64,000 bases of DNA, taken from positions 16,848,216 to 16,912,215 of the forward strand of contig OZ316894.1 in NCBI GenBank assembly GCA_973895155.1, read 5' to 3'. Below the pieces are notes generated by a model that was not told where the DNA came from, ran no database searches, and saw nothing but the letters and a program-made list of their open reading frames with translations. Both the position numbers and the translations under genes were made by a program. Below are positions 52,127-64,000 of the stretch, in pieces (position 1 is the first letter of the stretch; each line of letters begins with the position of its first letter). The stretch is from Marsupella aquatica (taxonomy: Eukaryota; Plantae; Marchantiophyta).

Positions 52127-53887
52127 CTATAATAATACGATGCAGAATGTGGGAAAACGCCAACGGCCAATCCAACTGTGGACGGTGGGAGGGAGGGAGG
52201 CTTTAATAACTGCTCGAAGCAGTGCAATGATTCGAGTGGAGTCAGTGCGGTGATCCGATCCAAATATCCAATGCAGACCTTTGGATTCTGGTCTGGTCAA
52301 ATTCGCAACAGGGTGCGTGACATAATTGCGCTTAACTGCCAGAGCGCCAGGAATTTGCTCTCCCAACCGCTGCACTACTACAGTACCGCTCTCGTTACAG
52401 TACCGGCACAGACAGTACTGAGTCCGAGAAAACGTGGAAAATATAACACCGCAGGTGACAACTTTACCCATCTTTGCCCAATTCATTCGACCCCTCTAGA
52501 GCTATGAACGTTGTTGAACTGTCGAAGGTGACAGACAGAATGATGGACAGACTCCTACAGAGGCAGTGTAGGGTGTTTTGATGAAGCAGGTGGGTCGATC
52601 CAATCGTCAACTGTACAGCATGCCACGAATTGGCACTCTAATTTCCCTCGAGCGTCTCTCCCGGTTGAGTACAGAGAACGGTAGAGAAGGGAGAACCTGT
52701 AGTTGTCTTTCCGAAGTGCTACGTGGAGTTCTGCAAGGATGTTCTCAGTGGGTGCCATTTACGATCCACCGAAATCGAGCAAAAGCCTATGCAAATTCTC
52801 GAGAAAATGGAGAAGGGGTCGTTCTTGTCCATAGCTGCGGACCATGGCAGGTGAATTGCTACTTTTCAAATAGCCGAGGTGTTGCACGATTCTGTAAGCA
52901 GAGAGGCTCGTCTGCAGAAAAATGGCAGCGAGGATGTACGAGGAAACAGTGCGTCAAGCAATAAATCGCGAGAGACACACTAAAGCAACGACCGACCTGA
53001 TACAGTCTGGCTTGAGAACAGACGCTGGCCTGTCATGTTGCTCGTTGTTCACTGCGGTTTTGCAAGCTTTACTTGTCCAGCTTTGAGTCTAAATAAGTGT
53101 AAATGATGACGGCCATTAGGTATAACTGACGACTGCAAGCTAATCATTCTCACTGCAACCACTACGGTCCGTTGGCCCCAACGACCATTCACAAGTCTAG
53201 AATCATGTCACCTATGACCTGCTTTTTACCCATCCAGTCTAATAAGCATGAGAAATTACTCGTCCATCAGTTCAGGCTACTGCAGGCCTCCACTCGGACG
53301 TAGAGTCTACTCAAGATTTCATTCCTGCAAGAGTTCACCGACATCTTTTCGCAACAGTGCAACCTCAAAAAGTCATTGGCACAGTGGAAGTCAACCAGTC
53401 AAAGCTACTTTACAACACCCCTAGCTCGAGAGAACCCTTCGCTGAAAACCTCTCGAACCATACTCTCACGCCAGGATCTCCCCAAGAAGCCGTTTAAAGT
53501 CTACCAATTAGGCTTCAGTGTTCCAATCGGGCGAATTAAAATCAACCTGTGCTTCTTCTCAAATGGCTTGAACTCAAAAGAAGACAGCACTTCACTTTCC
53601 TTTGTAATTTAGCTCAGCATTAAGTTCTGGCAAAACCTCGAAGGGCGGGAACCTCTTTAGCTTAACATTAAGGTATCACTGCTGTTTCATTGGAGACTGT
53701 TGCCCTACCACGATCGTCTCCTACTAGACTGTGAGATGGTAAACATAAGTCAAAAGATCAAATGAGTTCTTGTGCACAAAAGAGGTTGGATCAGTATCGA
53801 CGCTTTCGACAGTTCAAAAGTAACGGTCGAAAATCTCTCACGGGCACTTGACGAGCGCTTCAATAATAAGACATGCCACCCCCGTCG

Positions 53888-54180
53888 GGATCCCCTGCTG
53901 GTAATCACACATCAAAATGTGGCTGCATTCATTGATCGAAAGTAAAAAACTGGGATTATCACGGTATGCAGGGGTGTCGTACATAGTATATGTCATATTG
54001 GATCCCCTGCTGGTAATCACACATCAAAATGTGGTTGCATTCATTGATTGAAAGTAAAAAACTGGGATTGGATCCCCTGCTGGTAATCACACATCAAAAT
54101 GTGGTTGCATTCATTGATTGAAAGTAAAAAACTGGGATTATCACGGTATGCAGGGGTGTCGTACATAGTATATGTCATAT
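53888..54180 (+). repeat. Near-perfect triple tandem duplication (70-112 bp units)
   Basis: GGATCCCCTGCTGGTAATCACACATCAAAATGTGG at 53888, 54000 and 54070. Confidence 0.92.
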
Positions 54181-55767
54181 TTTGATGTGCAGGTACCCGT
54201 CGGGATTGTGTGTGACGACGATTTTCCTCTCAGTAAGAAAAGCGTGGTGGATACTAAGGTTACTTGAGCAGACAAAATTGTAAAGGTGAAGAATGTTTCT
54301 GACCTTTATTAGATATCCGGCGCAATATAATATGGCACTTGAGTGGTAGCCCCAAGTCTATTAAGATCCCCACATGAGAATCTATTCAATTCTGATGCGC
54401 TTCGTCCTGTCCAAATAATGGCTTCGATGATTTATTCAACAATTCATCCTTGTCGAATTATTTCGCTCTCTCCCTTTGGATGAATCATGTTTAGACTAGT
54501 GCAGGATCAGTAGTGCGTTATGTTGGGAGGGTAGACCTCAATGAACAAAAACTCCCTGGATATGTTTCAGGAGCTTTGACGAAAGCTATCCTAAATTTCA
54601 TAAGGCAGTTGTGCATTTCAGACGTCAGATAGTCACAAACTCATCTGAGAATAAAATTCAATTTCCACTTGGGGAAAGGGTGGGGAAAGGGGGGGGGGCT
54701 TGCGCGGGACGGCAATGCGGATTCTCAGGTGTCTCAAGACCTCGAAGGGGCTTCACTGTTTTGCCCAAGAGCTTTCTTTCCTGTAGAGTGCCCTGCATGG
54801 CCATCGAAACAGGGGAGAGATAATGTGCTTGAGAAATGAAATCAATGAAGAATAAAGTACACGCTATCAGACTAGCAGATGAATCTACTTTCAGGGAGTC
54901 TGACGGCTTTGTTACAGTACCATCCCAATCCCGCTCGTATGCCCAGTGTAATCGGGGTAACCAACGATCGAGGCGAGTCTGCGGTACAAATAAAATGGTT
55001 GGACTCCGGGTGTACCCAACCATCGCACATAGGTTAAGATCAGTTGAACAGCTACTGTTACGGCATTAGAGAACACTAGTACTCCGCAAATTGCAGCCTT
55101 GCTTGCCGCTGCGCCGCTCAGAGGAACTGGAAATATAAGGAGACAAAAACCTCTACAAAACCCTCGCTTTAAAAATCTGCAGCAGCAGGAAACGTCGATA
55201 CATAGAAGGCGGTAAGAAAGCCACATCCACTCTTAAACAGTAGAGTCGCACTTTACAGAAAGTTTACGGAATTGTACACTGAAAGAATGGAAGGTTTCCA
55301 ATTTACAGGTGGTGAGTGTCTTCGACTACGCCACATCCAGATTTCCTCCGTGGTTCTTATTGAATGGCCACTTAAAATAGTGCAATGCTCTTCTATCTGT
55401 CATCTTATGTCCCAGCTGACTTAAAACTTTTTACCGAGGGGATAAATTAGTAGGAAAGAGAGGCATTGGACGAAACGCTTCAGAAGAGAGGCAGGCTATA
55501 TGCACAGATACAGTTTCCTACCTACATTGAACACTTGATCTAACCTACACATGGGGGTACGACGTTTCCCATCAATCCTTCCTCGCCCTCAGTCAGATGA
55601 AAAGCGGCATTGAGTTCGGCATGCCAATCTTGGGAGCATGTCTTAGATTTCATTGGAGAGAGAAATCTGGACCAGCGCACGCATAATGTACACATTTCGG
55701 GGCATTTACACGGCGCGATTGACCGGACTGGAATGGAGTCTTCAGTTCTTATCTCATCTCTGGCGGC

Positions 55768-57222
55768 TCACCCCGCTTTCCTTGGTACCGACGGAGTAAG
55801 TCCGCCCAAGAAATCGTGGTGAGAGGCCAGAGATGTGTACTCGGAGCCGATGCCATTGAATGACGGCACACAGGCGCTGGCTTGCACCGCTGCCATGTAC
55901 TTTTGGACTTCCTTGGCCACCATCTCCCTCATCATCGCTAACAATCCAGCGTTCACGGCAGCGTCCAGACCGAATCCCGTAGCTACTAGCATACCCCCTC
56001 CTGCCTGCTGACTTGCAATGGGTGCCGGAAGTGGTCCTGCCGGATTCTGGAGCGCCTGCGCCACGGCTGCTTGCACTACCGCAGACATCAAGTCCGTAGG
56101 AACAATCGGGGAGGGCCCAAGGGTTATTCCACAATCCGGAGGCATTCCAAAACCATTCTGTTGCTTTGGTTGGTTTTCGCCGGGAGGAGTTGACTGCTCC
56201 CAAGTGACGCCACTGAAATTCGCTGGCGATTCACTAGGATTCCTCTCAACGAGTTGATGTTGGTGTTGGTGCTGATGAGAGTGTTGATGCTGTGGAGGAC
56301 GAGGAGATTGTCCGACCGACTGAGCATGAATCGGATTTAGCCTTGCAGAACAAGAAATGGAAGAACCCCGAGGCGAGCACTCAGTTTCGATCCTCGAACT
56401 GCTGCCAGGCATGGACAGACTAAGCGATGTCGGGGGATCCATGCTGGTGGAGCTTGAAGCTTCCTGCGGTGACTGCTGTTTGTTGCTGGCGACGTTCCCG
56501 GAGGCGGAGGGACTAAAACAAGTGAAGGCGGAAGGGCGAGGCACAGGCCTAAACACATGGGGGGTCAGGACAGTCGTGGGATCGCTGTGCTCGGAGCCAG
56601 AAGGAGAGCTCGGAGAAAAATTGAGCTTCCTCACTTGAGCGCACTGCGTTGCAAGAGGACTGCCACATATGGAGCCGGAGTCCAGAAAAGAGCCACTATC
56701 ATTGGAATGCTGCTGAACCAGACCTGAGCTTTCCATGTCGACGATGCTGCTACTACGTTTCCTGGTGTCCAGGCTGCTCGCGAGATCATCTTCGTCACGG
56801 AGAATCCTACATGCATAACCCCCGTCCTCGTCCACCCTCGACCTCTCTGCGAGATACCGCCGACGAAGAGTCGAATTCCAGTGGTTCTTGATCGCATTAT
56901 CAGTGCGCCCAGGCAGCAGACGAGCAATTGTGGCCCACTTATTCCCGTGGTGTGCATGAGCCTGGATAATGGCTGCATCTTCTGCTGTAGTGAAGGGCCG
57001 GTGCTGCACCTGAGGGCTCAATTGGTTGCACCAGCGTAGGCGGCACGATTTCCCAGACCGACCTGGGATGCCCTTGCTGATAAGCGACCAGTTGCGAGCG
57101 CCATACTTCTCAACCAGCCTCTGCAGAGCTGCATCCTCCTCAGGGCTCCATGGTCCCTTAATACGCTCATTGTCTTGAGACCTGCACCTGAAGTCCAGGG
57201 TCGTCGAGGGCGATACAGCCAT
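55768..57222 (-). CDS. Intronless R2R3-MYB transcription factor, subgroup 22 (MYB44/70/73/77-like), 484 aa from the first ATG
   Basis: [11 protein letters not shown]...[30 protein letters not shown] and [29 protein letters not shown], plus S22 motifs [11 protein letters not shown] and [14 protein letters not shown]. Confidence 0.95.
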   Translation of the reverse strand: MAVSPSTTLDFRCRSQDNERIKGPWSPEEDAALQRLVEKYGARNWSLISKGIPGRSGKSCRLRWCNQLSPQVQHRPFTTAEDAAIIQAHAHHGNKWATIARLLPGRTDNAIKNHWNSTLRRRYLAERSRVDEDGGYACRILRDEDDLASSLDTRKRSSSIVDMESSGLVQQHSNDSGSFLDSGSICGSPLATQCAQVRKLNFSPSSPSGSEHSDPTTVLTPHVFRPVPRPSAFTCFSPSASGNVASNKQQSPQEASSSTSMDPPTSLSLSMPGSSSRIETECSPRGSSISCSARLNPIHAQSVGQSPRPPQHQHSHQHQHQHQLVERNPSESPANFSGVTWEQSTPPGENQPKQQNGFGMPPDCGITLGPSPIVPTDLMSAVVQAAVAQALQNPAGPLPAPIASQQAGGGMLVATGFGLDAAVNAGLLAMMREMVAKEVQKYMAAVQASACVPSFNGIGSEYTSLASHHDFLGGLTPSVPRKAG

Positions 57223-59599
57223 ACTTGATTGAGCTACCTGCCCTCTAATTAAAGACGACGCCAACAAGTCCGACGCGAATAACAACAGTTCCTTTCTTCT
57301 ACCTCCACAATCGAATCCAAACCTCCCTCCTCCTCTTCCTCTCTCGTCCTCACCCCCCACGGTCTCTACAGCAACGGGCAACGAGGCCAGTCATGGCCAT
57401 AAACTTGTGCGCCGAATTTGCACCCCATAATCCGGACTGCATCTATCCCGCACAACGACACCGAATTGCTCGTCGCTTCGTCTAAATTCTCAGCACCACA
57501 GTACTCGAGCTTACCAGCTCCAATTTTTATCACAATGAACCCACAAACCCACAAACAATGTTCAACGTCAACAGAGCCCCCCGTAAGTCCTAGTCGAGTG
57601 CCGAAGCACGAACTGCACAATCAAACTCTTTCAGGTCGATTGACAACGAGAAGACGTTACTTTCTCTTGGTTCTGAACGGGAAGAAGCGCGCAGAGAGTC
57701 GTAAAGAAGGGGAGCGAGGGAAGTCCTCACAGTAGAGTGCTTTCCTTTGTTCCTCACACAGACAACCGAAACACAGAGAGAGAGAGAGAGAAGTCGTGAG
57801 GCGTCCTGAGAGAGAGAGGAGCCTTTGCCTACCTACCTAATGTCCAGGGGATCGATCCCAAATGACTAGATGAAGGGGAGGAGGGGAAAGAAAAGGCCTC
57901 AAGAGGACGGGAGGGAGGTGGGTCGGGGAGCACACAGAGAATGTAGAGACATAGGAGGGAGGAGGAAAAGGATAGACTCTCGTCGGCATGGCGGCGCCCT
58001 ACACTCTTGCCTCCTCCATTCCCTCTTTGTCCATTCCCTCTTTGTCTCTCTCGCTCTCTCACTCCCTCCCTCCCCCTCTCTCTCGATCCAAGCCCCACTT
58101 TCGACGTCGTCAAAGCTAAATTCCGGCAGCCGCAATCATAACAGAGAACGCATTTCCGACAGTCTCGCCGTCAACTCTTCCCGGCGACACACGCGATTTC
58201 GAATTCTCATTATCAGGCAGCACCGTGAAATACCGTATGCCGTCAGTCGCGTCGTGAGCAAACCGACTGCAGTCGTCTGCTACCGTGACTTCCGTACCGT
58301 ATGGTTTGTCCGTACGGGACTGTATCCATCGGACAGCGAGCATGTATCCATCCATCCAACCATGTATGTACATTGATGTGAACGTATCATAAATTGTGTC
58401 ATACTCATACATGCGTTCACCCCTCCGGTACCCAACATCGACACTTTTTCCGATATGTACGGACGTACACACACATGAAAGGGATGTTTACTTTTTGGCA
58501 TTAATTAGTTCATTGGAATGGTAACAAACTGTTCCAGACGCATTTTTTAAAGGGGCAGAGAATTCACGGGGACAAGAGTGGGGCTGAATTTGTGCCGTGT
58601 CGATCGGATGGTTCACAAAATTAGATAAGCTCCCGGGATAGGAAATCAATGGCTTTTTTATTTCTCAGTTTTCCGACGAAACTGACTAGGTTTTCTCTTG
58701 GCTTTAGTTAGATGAAATGATAGAGACTCTACAGGCGCAACTTTTATAGCGAAAATAACTGCCATGTCAATCAGACTGCTCTTAATATTAAACAAGCTTC
58801 ACAGGAAAGCAAATCCATGGTCTTGTGCTTTCTTTATTTTGGAAAGAAATTGACAAGGCTTAGATCTCTATCCAAACCTTTGAACCCTGTTGGTATATCA
58901 AAATTCAATGTGTATGAAAGTCAAGTTTTCCTACTCCACACATGCCGCATATTTCACTAGATCCCATGTAAACCGTAAGGCTTCCCATCTGAGAAAAAGG
59001 CGTTCTAAGATGAAGGGTCCCATTGAGCTTACATTTCCTTATATTTGACTTGCTAAAAAAAAATGCCTTTGCAATGGGCTCTTTCACTCCCTTCTCGTCA
59101 TAGGACCCTCATAGTAAGGCCCCAATGTACTTAATCTAACTGTTTTTTCTGGCAACCAGATGACCACGAAGGTATGGGTAGAAAGCAAGCTAAGACACTT
59201 TTGGAACATAACATTTTGTAAGGGCCAATGCTTTTCGTGGGAACCCCTCCTGCAATTACCACTGCGGTATGGGTAGAAAGTAAGTGGGAGCAATTTTTAG
59301 ATGCGAAGGGATAGTACGATGGTGTGGAATGGTATGGGATGATGCCCTGACAGAATGGGTACCGTGTGACCCATGCACCATTCATGCATGTCAACGACCG
59401 TTCGCGACAGGGTCCCCAACCTGCCACGCCACTTTTTACCTGGTATTTGAGTAATAATAATTAATGGCTGAAACGGGAATTTCCCGAAGGTGGGATAGGA
59501 AGCAAAACGGTTGAGCATGGCGTGCAGGCCGTGCAACATACACCACTGCTCATACCAAACCTTTTTCCTCGTCTCAAGCTATTCCAACAGGGTGTCTCA

Positions 59600-59790
59600 T
59601 ATTGTAACGAGAGACATACTAATGGACCCTAAATTGAGAAGTGTTACTTAATGGACCTTATGAGGCCCCATGAGATTTTACCTTATGAGGCCCCATGAGA
59701 TTTTGGGATTGTAACCAGAGAGATACTACATGGACCCCTAAATTGAGAAGTGTTACTTATTGGACGCTATGATGCCCCATGAGATTTTAG
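59600..59790 (+). repeat. Local tandem duplications
   Basis: GGACCC(C)TAAATTGAGAAGTGTTACTTA twice and CCCCATGAGATTTT three times. Confidence 0.8.
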
Positions 59791-61811
59791 GAACCTTGAT
59801 TTAAGGTCTATCAAGGGTATGGATCACTCACGGATCCATCAAGTAAAGCTTTTCATTTTGGGGGTACATCAAGAATATCTCTTCACTTTAACAGATGGGG
59901 AGTTTTTGTCAGGCTGAGCGTTTGTGGTGCGAGCTATAGACTCAAAGTGTGCTTTACACCAAGTTGGCAACAAACTTTTCCCCCGGGGCTCTTTTGCTAA
60001 CATCAGGCCGCAGATCTCCCATTTACCTCTAGAGCTTCTATGTCACCTCTCAAAGCTCCTTCCCCCTGCCTTACTTATGCCCAAAGAGCAAGAACAAGGC
60101 CTGTAGTTTTGGCCTTGTTTTATGGCATTCCTTCCTTCTTGGTCAGCCACTACCCAGAATGCAGCAGCCACAGTTGCGATATGCCCAGGTCTCTTTAATC
60201 ACAGCATTTTGTATTTCCAAATTTACAAAATTTTGGATTTGCATCTAAAGTTACCAGAAAATGGTTAGGGTTATATTATTGGTTAAGTGTCACTTGAGCT
60301 TGCAGAATTTTCTTATGGTAACCAAATATTAGGGCGTGTCAAAGCACAGTTGTACCTGAGTTATAGTTCAGGACATAAGACGCACTTACAACCAGGACAA
60401 CTGAGTTATAGTTCAGGACATAAGACACACTTACAACCAGGACAAAATCATTATAAGGGTTACCAAGATATGTACCCCATAAAGGTGATACCTCCCAAAA
60501 ATTAAGCCGTAACTAAAGTGTTACGGGAGAACTTTGACATGTCATATTAGCTCCCAGCTCCCACAACTTTTATAAAGCTCACTATAAATTTGCCACTTTA
60601 GCTCACTTTTAGCAAACTTTAATAAGCTCACTTATAAATTTGCCATTTAGCAAAAATATAGCAGGCCTGTTTGCAAGTCCTAAAATGTTTGCAAGAAGTG
60701 CAAACTCTGTATAAAAGGGGAAGAAGATGATACCTTGCAGTTATCCAGGTTTTGCACTTGTGGATTTTGCACTTAGAGAGAGCTGGCTGACCGTTCCGCG
60801 GGGTCCCCTTTCGATGGGGGAAAAAGAGGATTCGACCGATTCAATCCCACTGATTTGAAATAAAATAAAGAGATTTGGGGGGACGTTTCTGAGAAAGTTA
60901 CTTAAAAAACCCTGCTGCATGGAATGATGCTGTGCCACAGCATAAAACGAAAAAGCCAGACGAGGGAGTCAAATAGACTCTAGCCAGCTGCCCGGGTCCA
61001 GAAGTTGTTCTGACCGTTCGCCGCACAGTGCTCCTCCAAGCCGCCCTTATTTTAGCGATCCAGCACGCTGCCCTCTGCCCCAGTCCCTGCCCTGCCCCGC
61101 TGCCCGACCCTCACCCTTATTTTAGCGCTCCAGCACGCTGCCCCCCGCCCCTGGTCTGCCCTGCCAGCTAGCAGGCAAGCCTATGGTATTTATGTGCCGC
61201 ATTGCTGGCTCGGACGAAGCAGCCAGCGAAGACTCCCTGTTCACCATACAAAACTTTGCTGCACTTGTTAATAAATTCCTTCTGACACAGCTCTATGTCG
61301 TTAACAATTGCTCCGACCTATCCTACCTCTCCAAATCTCCAATACACTCACCCCGGTTCTTGGAAAAAACATTCTGAATAAACAATCTAGTCTGTCTTTT
61401 TCGTTTTGTCGCAGCATCAGACGTCTCGCTGGACGGAATCGCATACCAAAGGCGTCAGGCTTGGATTCGAAGCGCACTGTCACTGTGTGGGGATCGATTT
61501 GGATTCAGATCTTCTCTCCTTGCTCGATTGTTGTTTACTGGAAGTATATGGACTATCGGGTTGAGTGCGAGAGCCCGAAAGGAGAGGAAGCGATCAAGCT
61601 CTGTTGAAATTCGCCAGCTCCCTTACAATGGAACATCGCGAATCTTGTCTCCTGTCACTTAATTTGTACTCCTCGACACTTCCAGTTGAAGGAGTGCTGT
61701 TAATTGGAGTTGCGAGAATTCAAATTGCAACTACAGGTCTAAATTTATCAGATTTTATCAGGACTCATAACGATGGAGCGTTCAGTAGTGGATCGGCATG
61801 TGGACTCAAAC

Positions 61812-62289
61812 GAGGTATTCTATGTTGCGAGCAAACAGGAGATTTTGATAGCAAGGAGATTTTGATAGCAAGGAGATTTTGATAGCGAGACAATAATGGT
61901 TCCAAATTTCAGTTACTTTTTGGTCCCTTTTACATTTTTTGTGTGTTTTTAAAGGCTGCAGATGGCTAGCGAGCTCGCTAGCAAAAAGAGAGTCCCCAAA
62001 AGGGATATTACCAACCAAGTAGTTGATAGCGAGGCAGTTACATGTAGAAAAATAGGGGTCATGCAGGATTTTTTTTTACTCGCACGTCCCTTTTACATTT
62101 TTTGTGTGTTTTTAAAGGCTGCAGATGGCTAGCGAGCTCGCTAGCAAAAAGAGAGTCCCCAAAAGGGATATTACCAACCAAGTAGTTGATAGCGAGGCAG
62201 TTACATGTAGAAAAATAGGGGTCATGCAGGATTTTTTTTTGCTCGTGCGAGTAAAAATTTTACTGTTTGCTCGCATGTTACAATTACCC
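61812..62289. mobile_element. Mutator-like (MULE) MITE, 478 bp
   Basis: Perfect 9-bp TSD GACTCAAAC (61803-61811 and 62290-62298). Imperfect TIRs G..GTA.T...TGCGAGCAAACAG. Internal ~163-bp tandem duplication and GGAGATTTTGATAGC repeats. Confidence 0.85.
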
Positions 62290-63227
62290 GACTCAAACAC
62301 TTATTATCAAATTCAACGCTTTCTTTAGAGTGTTTTCCACTTTCCCTGTATGGCCCGAGCTGGCACGATCTCGGTCGAGATGCGATTATCAAGAAATGGA
62401 TGTCACTCGGTTTTTAATAAGCATAAGGGAATGTTGTACTACATCACTTCCATTGGTTTTATATGATCGAGTGGGATTATCATAGTATTATCCATCCCTG
62501 CAAATGGGGAACGAGCTCGTGTTCCTCTCTTGTACTGAAAATCGGCGCAAGTCAAGTTCCTCCTGAAGCGTGTCACGTATATGAAATTAGAAAACGGAAG
62601 CTGTAATAATGTAATTTCTCCAGCTTGAAAGTACAGGTCGACATCGACGCATGATTAATGAAGTCCCAGCGATTGTCGTGAACCAATCTCAGGTTTCCGC
62701 AAGCAGCCATGACTCTTGCATATTGGAGCTCATGAAGACCGACCCGCGGATCCTGCCTGATCGTGGGTCAGTGTTTTTTCCTGGACAGTCGGCACTGTGG
62801 TGAGAGTACTGATGATTTTGCCTTCATTTTGACGAGAGAGTATTTGGACATGAGCCCCTCTTGTACAAAGACAAGAGTGCGTGTCATCGGGCCTTCCTCT
62901 CCCTTTGCCCCCGGCAAGAACGGGAAAGGCGACGAGCAGAGCAGATGCCCGTCTCAGTGGCTCGCACGCTTGCAATCAAAAGCCTCTCTCTCTCTCCCTC
63001 TTTCTCTCTCATATTCTTGCAGCAGTAAAAAAATAAGTTGTCTGCTTTTCAATGAGGGCAGCTGAACAACTTACAAGCTGCAACGCCGCAACGGCCTCTC
63101 TGCCCGCCCATCCGCCCGCCCATCCGCCCGCCCTTCCGCACGTCTGCCCCGGAGGCGAGTATACGGTCCAGCAGGAGGACACCAAGTCAGCATCCTCTCA
63201 CCCTGGTTTTTGTCGTTTGCGATCTGC

Positions 63228-63972
63228 AGTAGCTTCTCTCTTCTCTCATAATTGCCCCAACTTCCACTGATCCTCCTGTAGTCCTGTTCCATGGAAAGTT
63301 TGCACACTGTATATGTTTTTGTACACGTATACTTAACCTGTGCATACCTGTCTTCATAGGTTTTTTTCCCTTGAATGAAGCACTTTACTTATGAGAAAAG
63401 TAAACAGCCTACCAAAGACCGAACACAATTAAGTCTCGAGGGCAAAAGGCAATAAGGGAGCATGCTAGTGAAGAGTAACCACATGTTACTCACCAAGAAA
63501 AAACTAACAATAAACAGCAAATATGAGGGCTAACTCTGTCTGGCAAAACAGAGGGACGTCCAGAAAACACTGAGATCTGAAGAACTGTTCCAGGGCACAA
63601 ATCAGGAAGTCTGCTAGTAAACAGAGAAAAAAACAGCAAATATGAGGCTGGCTCGGTCACAAGAATAAAAGGAGGTCAGGTCCAGCAAACACTAAGATCT
63701 GAACAAATATACCCGAGCACACCTTTGCTTGCAAAACAAACCAAAACCACACTAAGCCTGCAGCACTCTGGTAGGGTCAAAGAAACAAGTGAAACCAAAT
63801 GCCACTACCCAAACAAGACTTCAAAGTGGATCAAAAGTGCACTGTGGACGAGAGTCTATCAAAAAAAGGCCATCCTTCAGCTTCTCTCGTCTCCCCCTTT
63901 TAATAATTGCCCCAAGTGATCGATCCTCTTATTCCATGGAAAAGGTTGCACACTGTATATGTTTTGTGCGCA
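63228..63972 (+). repeat. Diverged local duplications
   Basis: ~63230-63325 resembles ~63880-63970 (ATAATTGCCCCAA...TTCCATGGAAA...TGCACACTGTATATGTTTT). ~63510-63580 resembles ~63630-63703. Confidence 0.7.
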
Positions 63973-64000
63973 TATACACAATCTATTACTTTCTTTGCGC

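Noticed and set aside
46900-55700. Many 60-130 aa ORFs in the intergenic region
   Set aside because: No domain similarity, consistent splice pattern or coding signal was recognised.
57223-57381. N-terminal 53-aa extension of the MYB in the ORF track
   Set aside because: It starts at a non-ATG codon in a GA-rich leader. The first in-frame ATG is at 57222.

Overview
Eukaryotic nuclear DNA, most likely from a land plant with flagellated sperm (it has a TCTEX1D2-type dynein light chain, short GT-AG introns, a PTS2-bearing DHNA-CoA synthase and a subgroup-22 R2R3-MYB). The first ~32 kb is a block of decayed transposons: (i) a Harbinger/HARBI1-type element whose trihelix/Myb partner gene is split by a full-length Ty1/copia retrotransposon (3920-10708); (ii) a PIF/Pong-type element (12181-16834); (iii) a 12.2-kb DNA element (19961-32183). 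Element (iii) has CCCCTGGCGCACT terminal inverted repeats and an apparent 2-bp GG target duplication. It encodes a BED/DUF659/hAT-dimerisation transposase on + and, convergently, a protein kinase and a coiled-coil RING-H2 protein on -, with mirror-image promoter arms. It is the best candidate for an undescribed system. The rest of the window holds four host genes (DHNS/menB, TCTEX1D2-like, AE7/CIA2, MYB44/73-like), a tandem TRIM-like array whose LTR carries a tRNA-like sequence, a Mutator-type MITE and many local duplications. All alignments, splice models and counts were made by eye and no database search was run.
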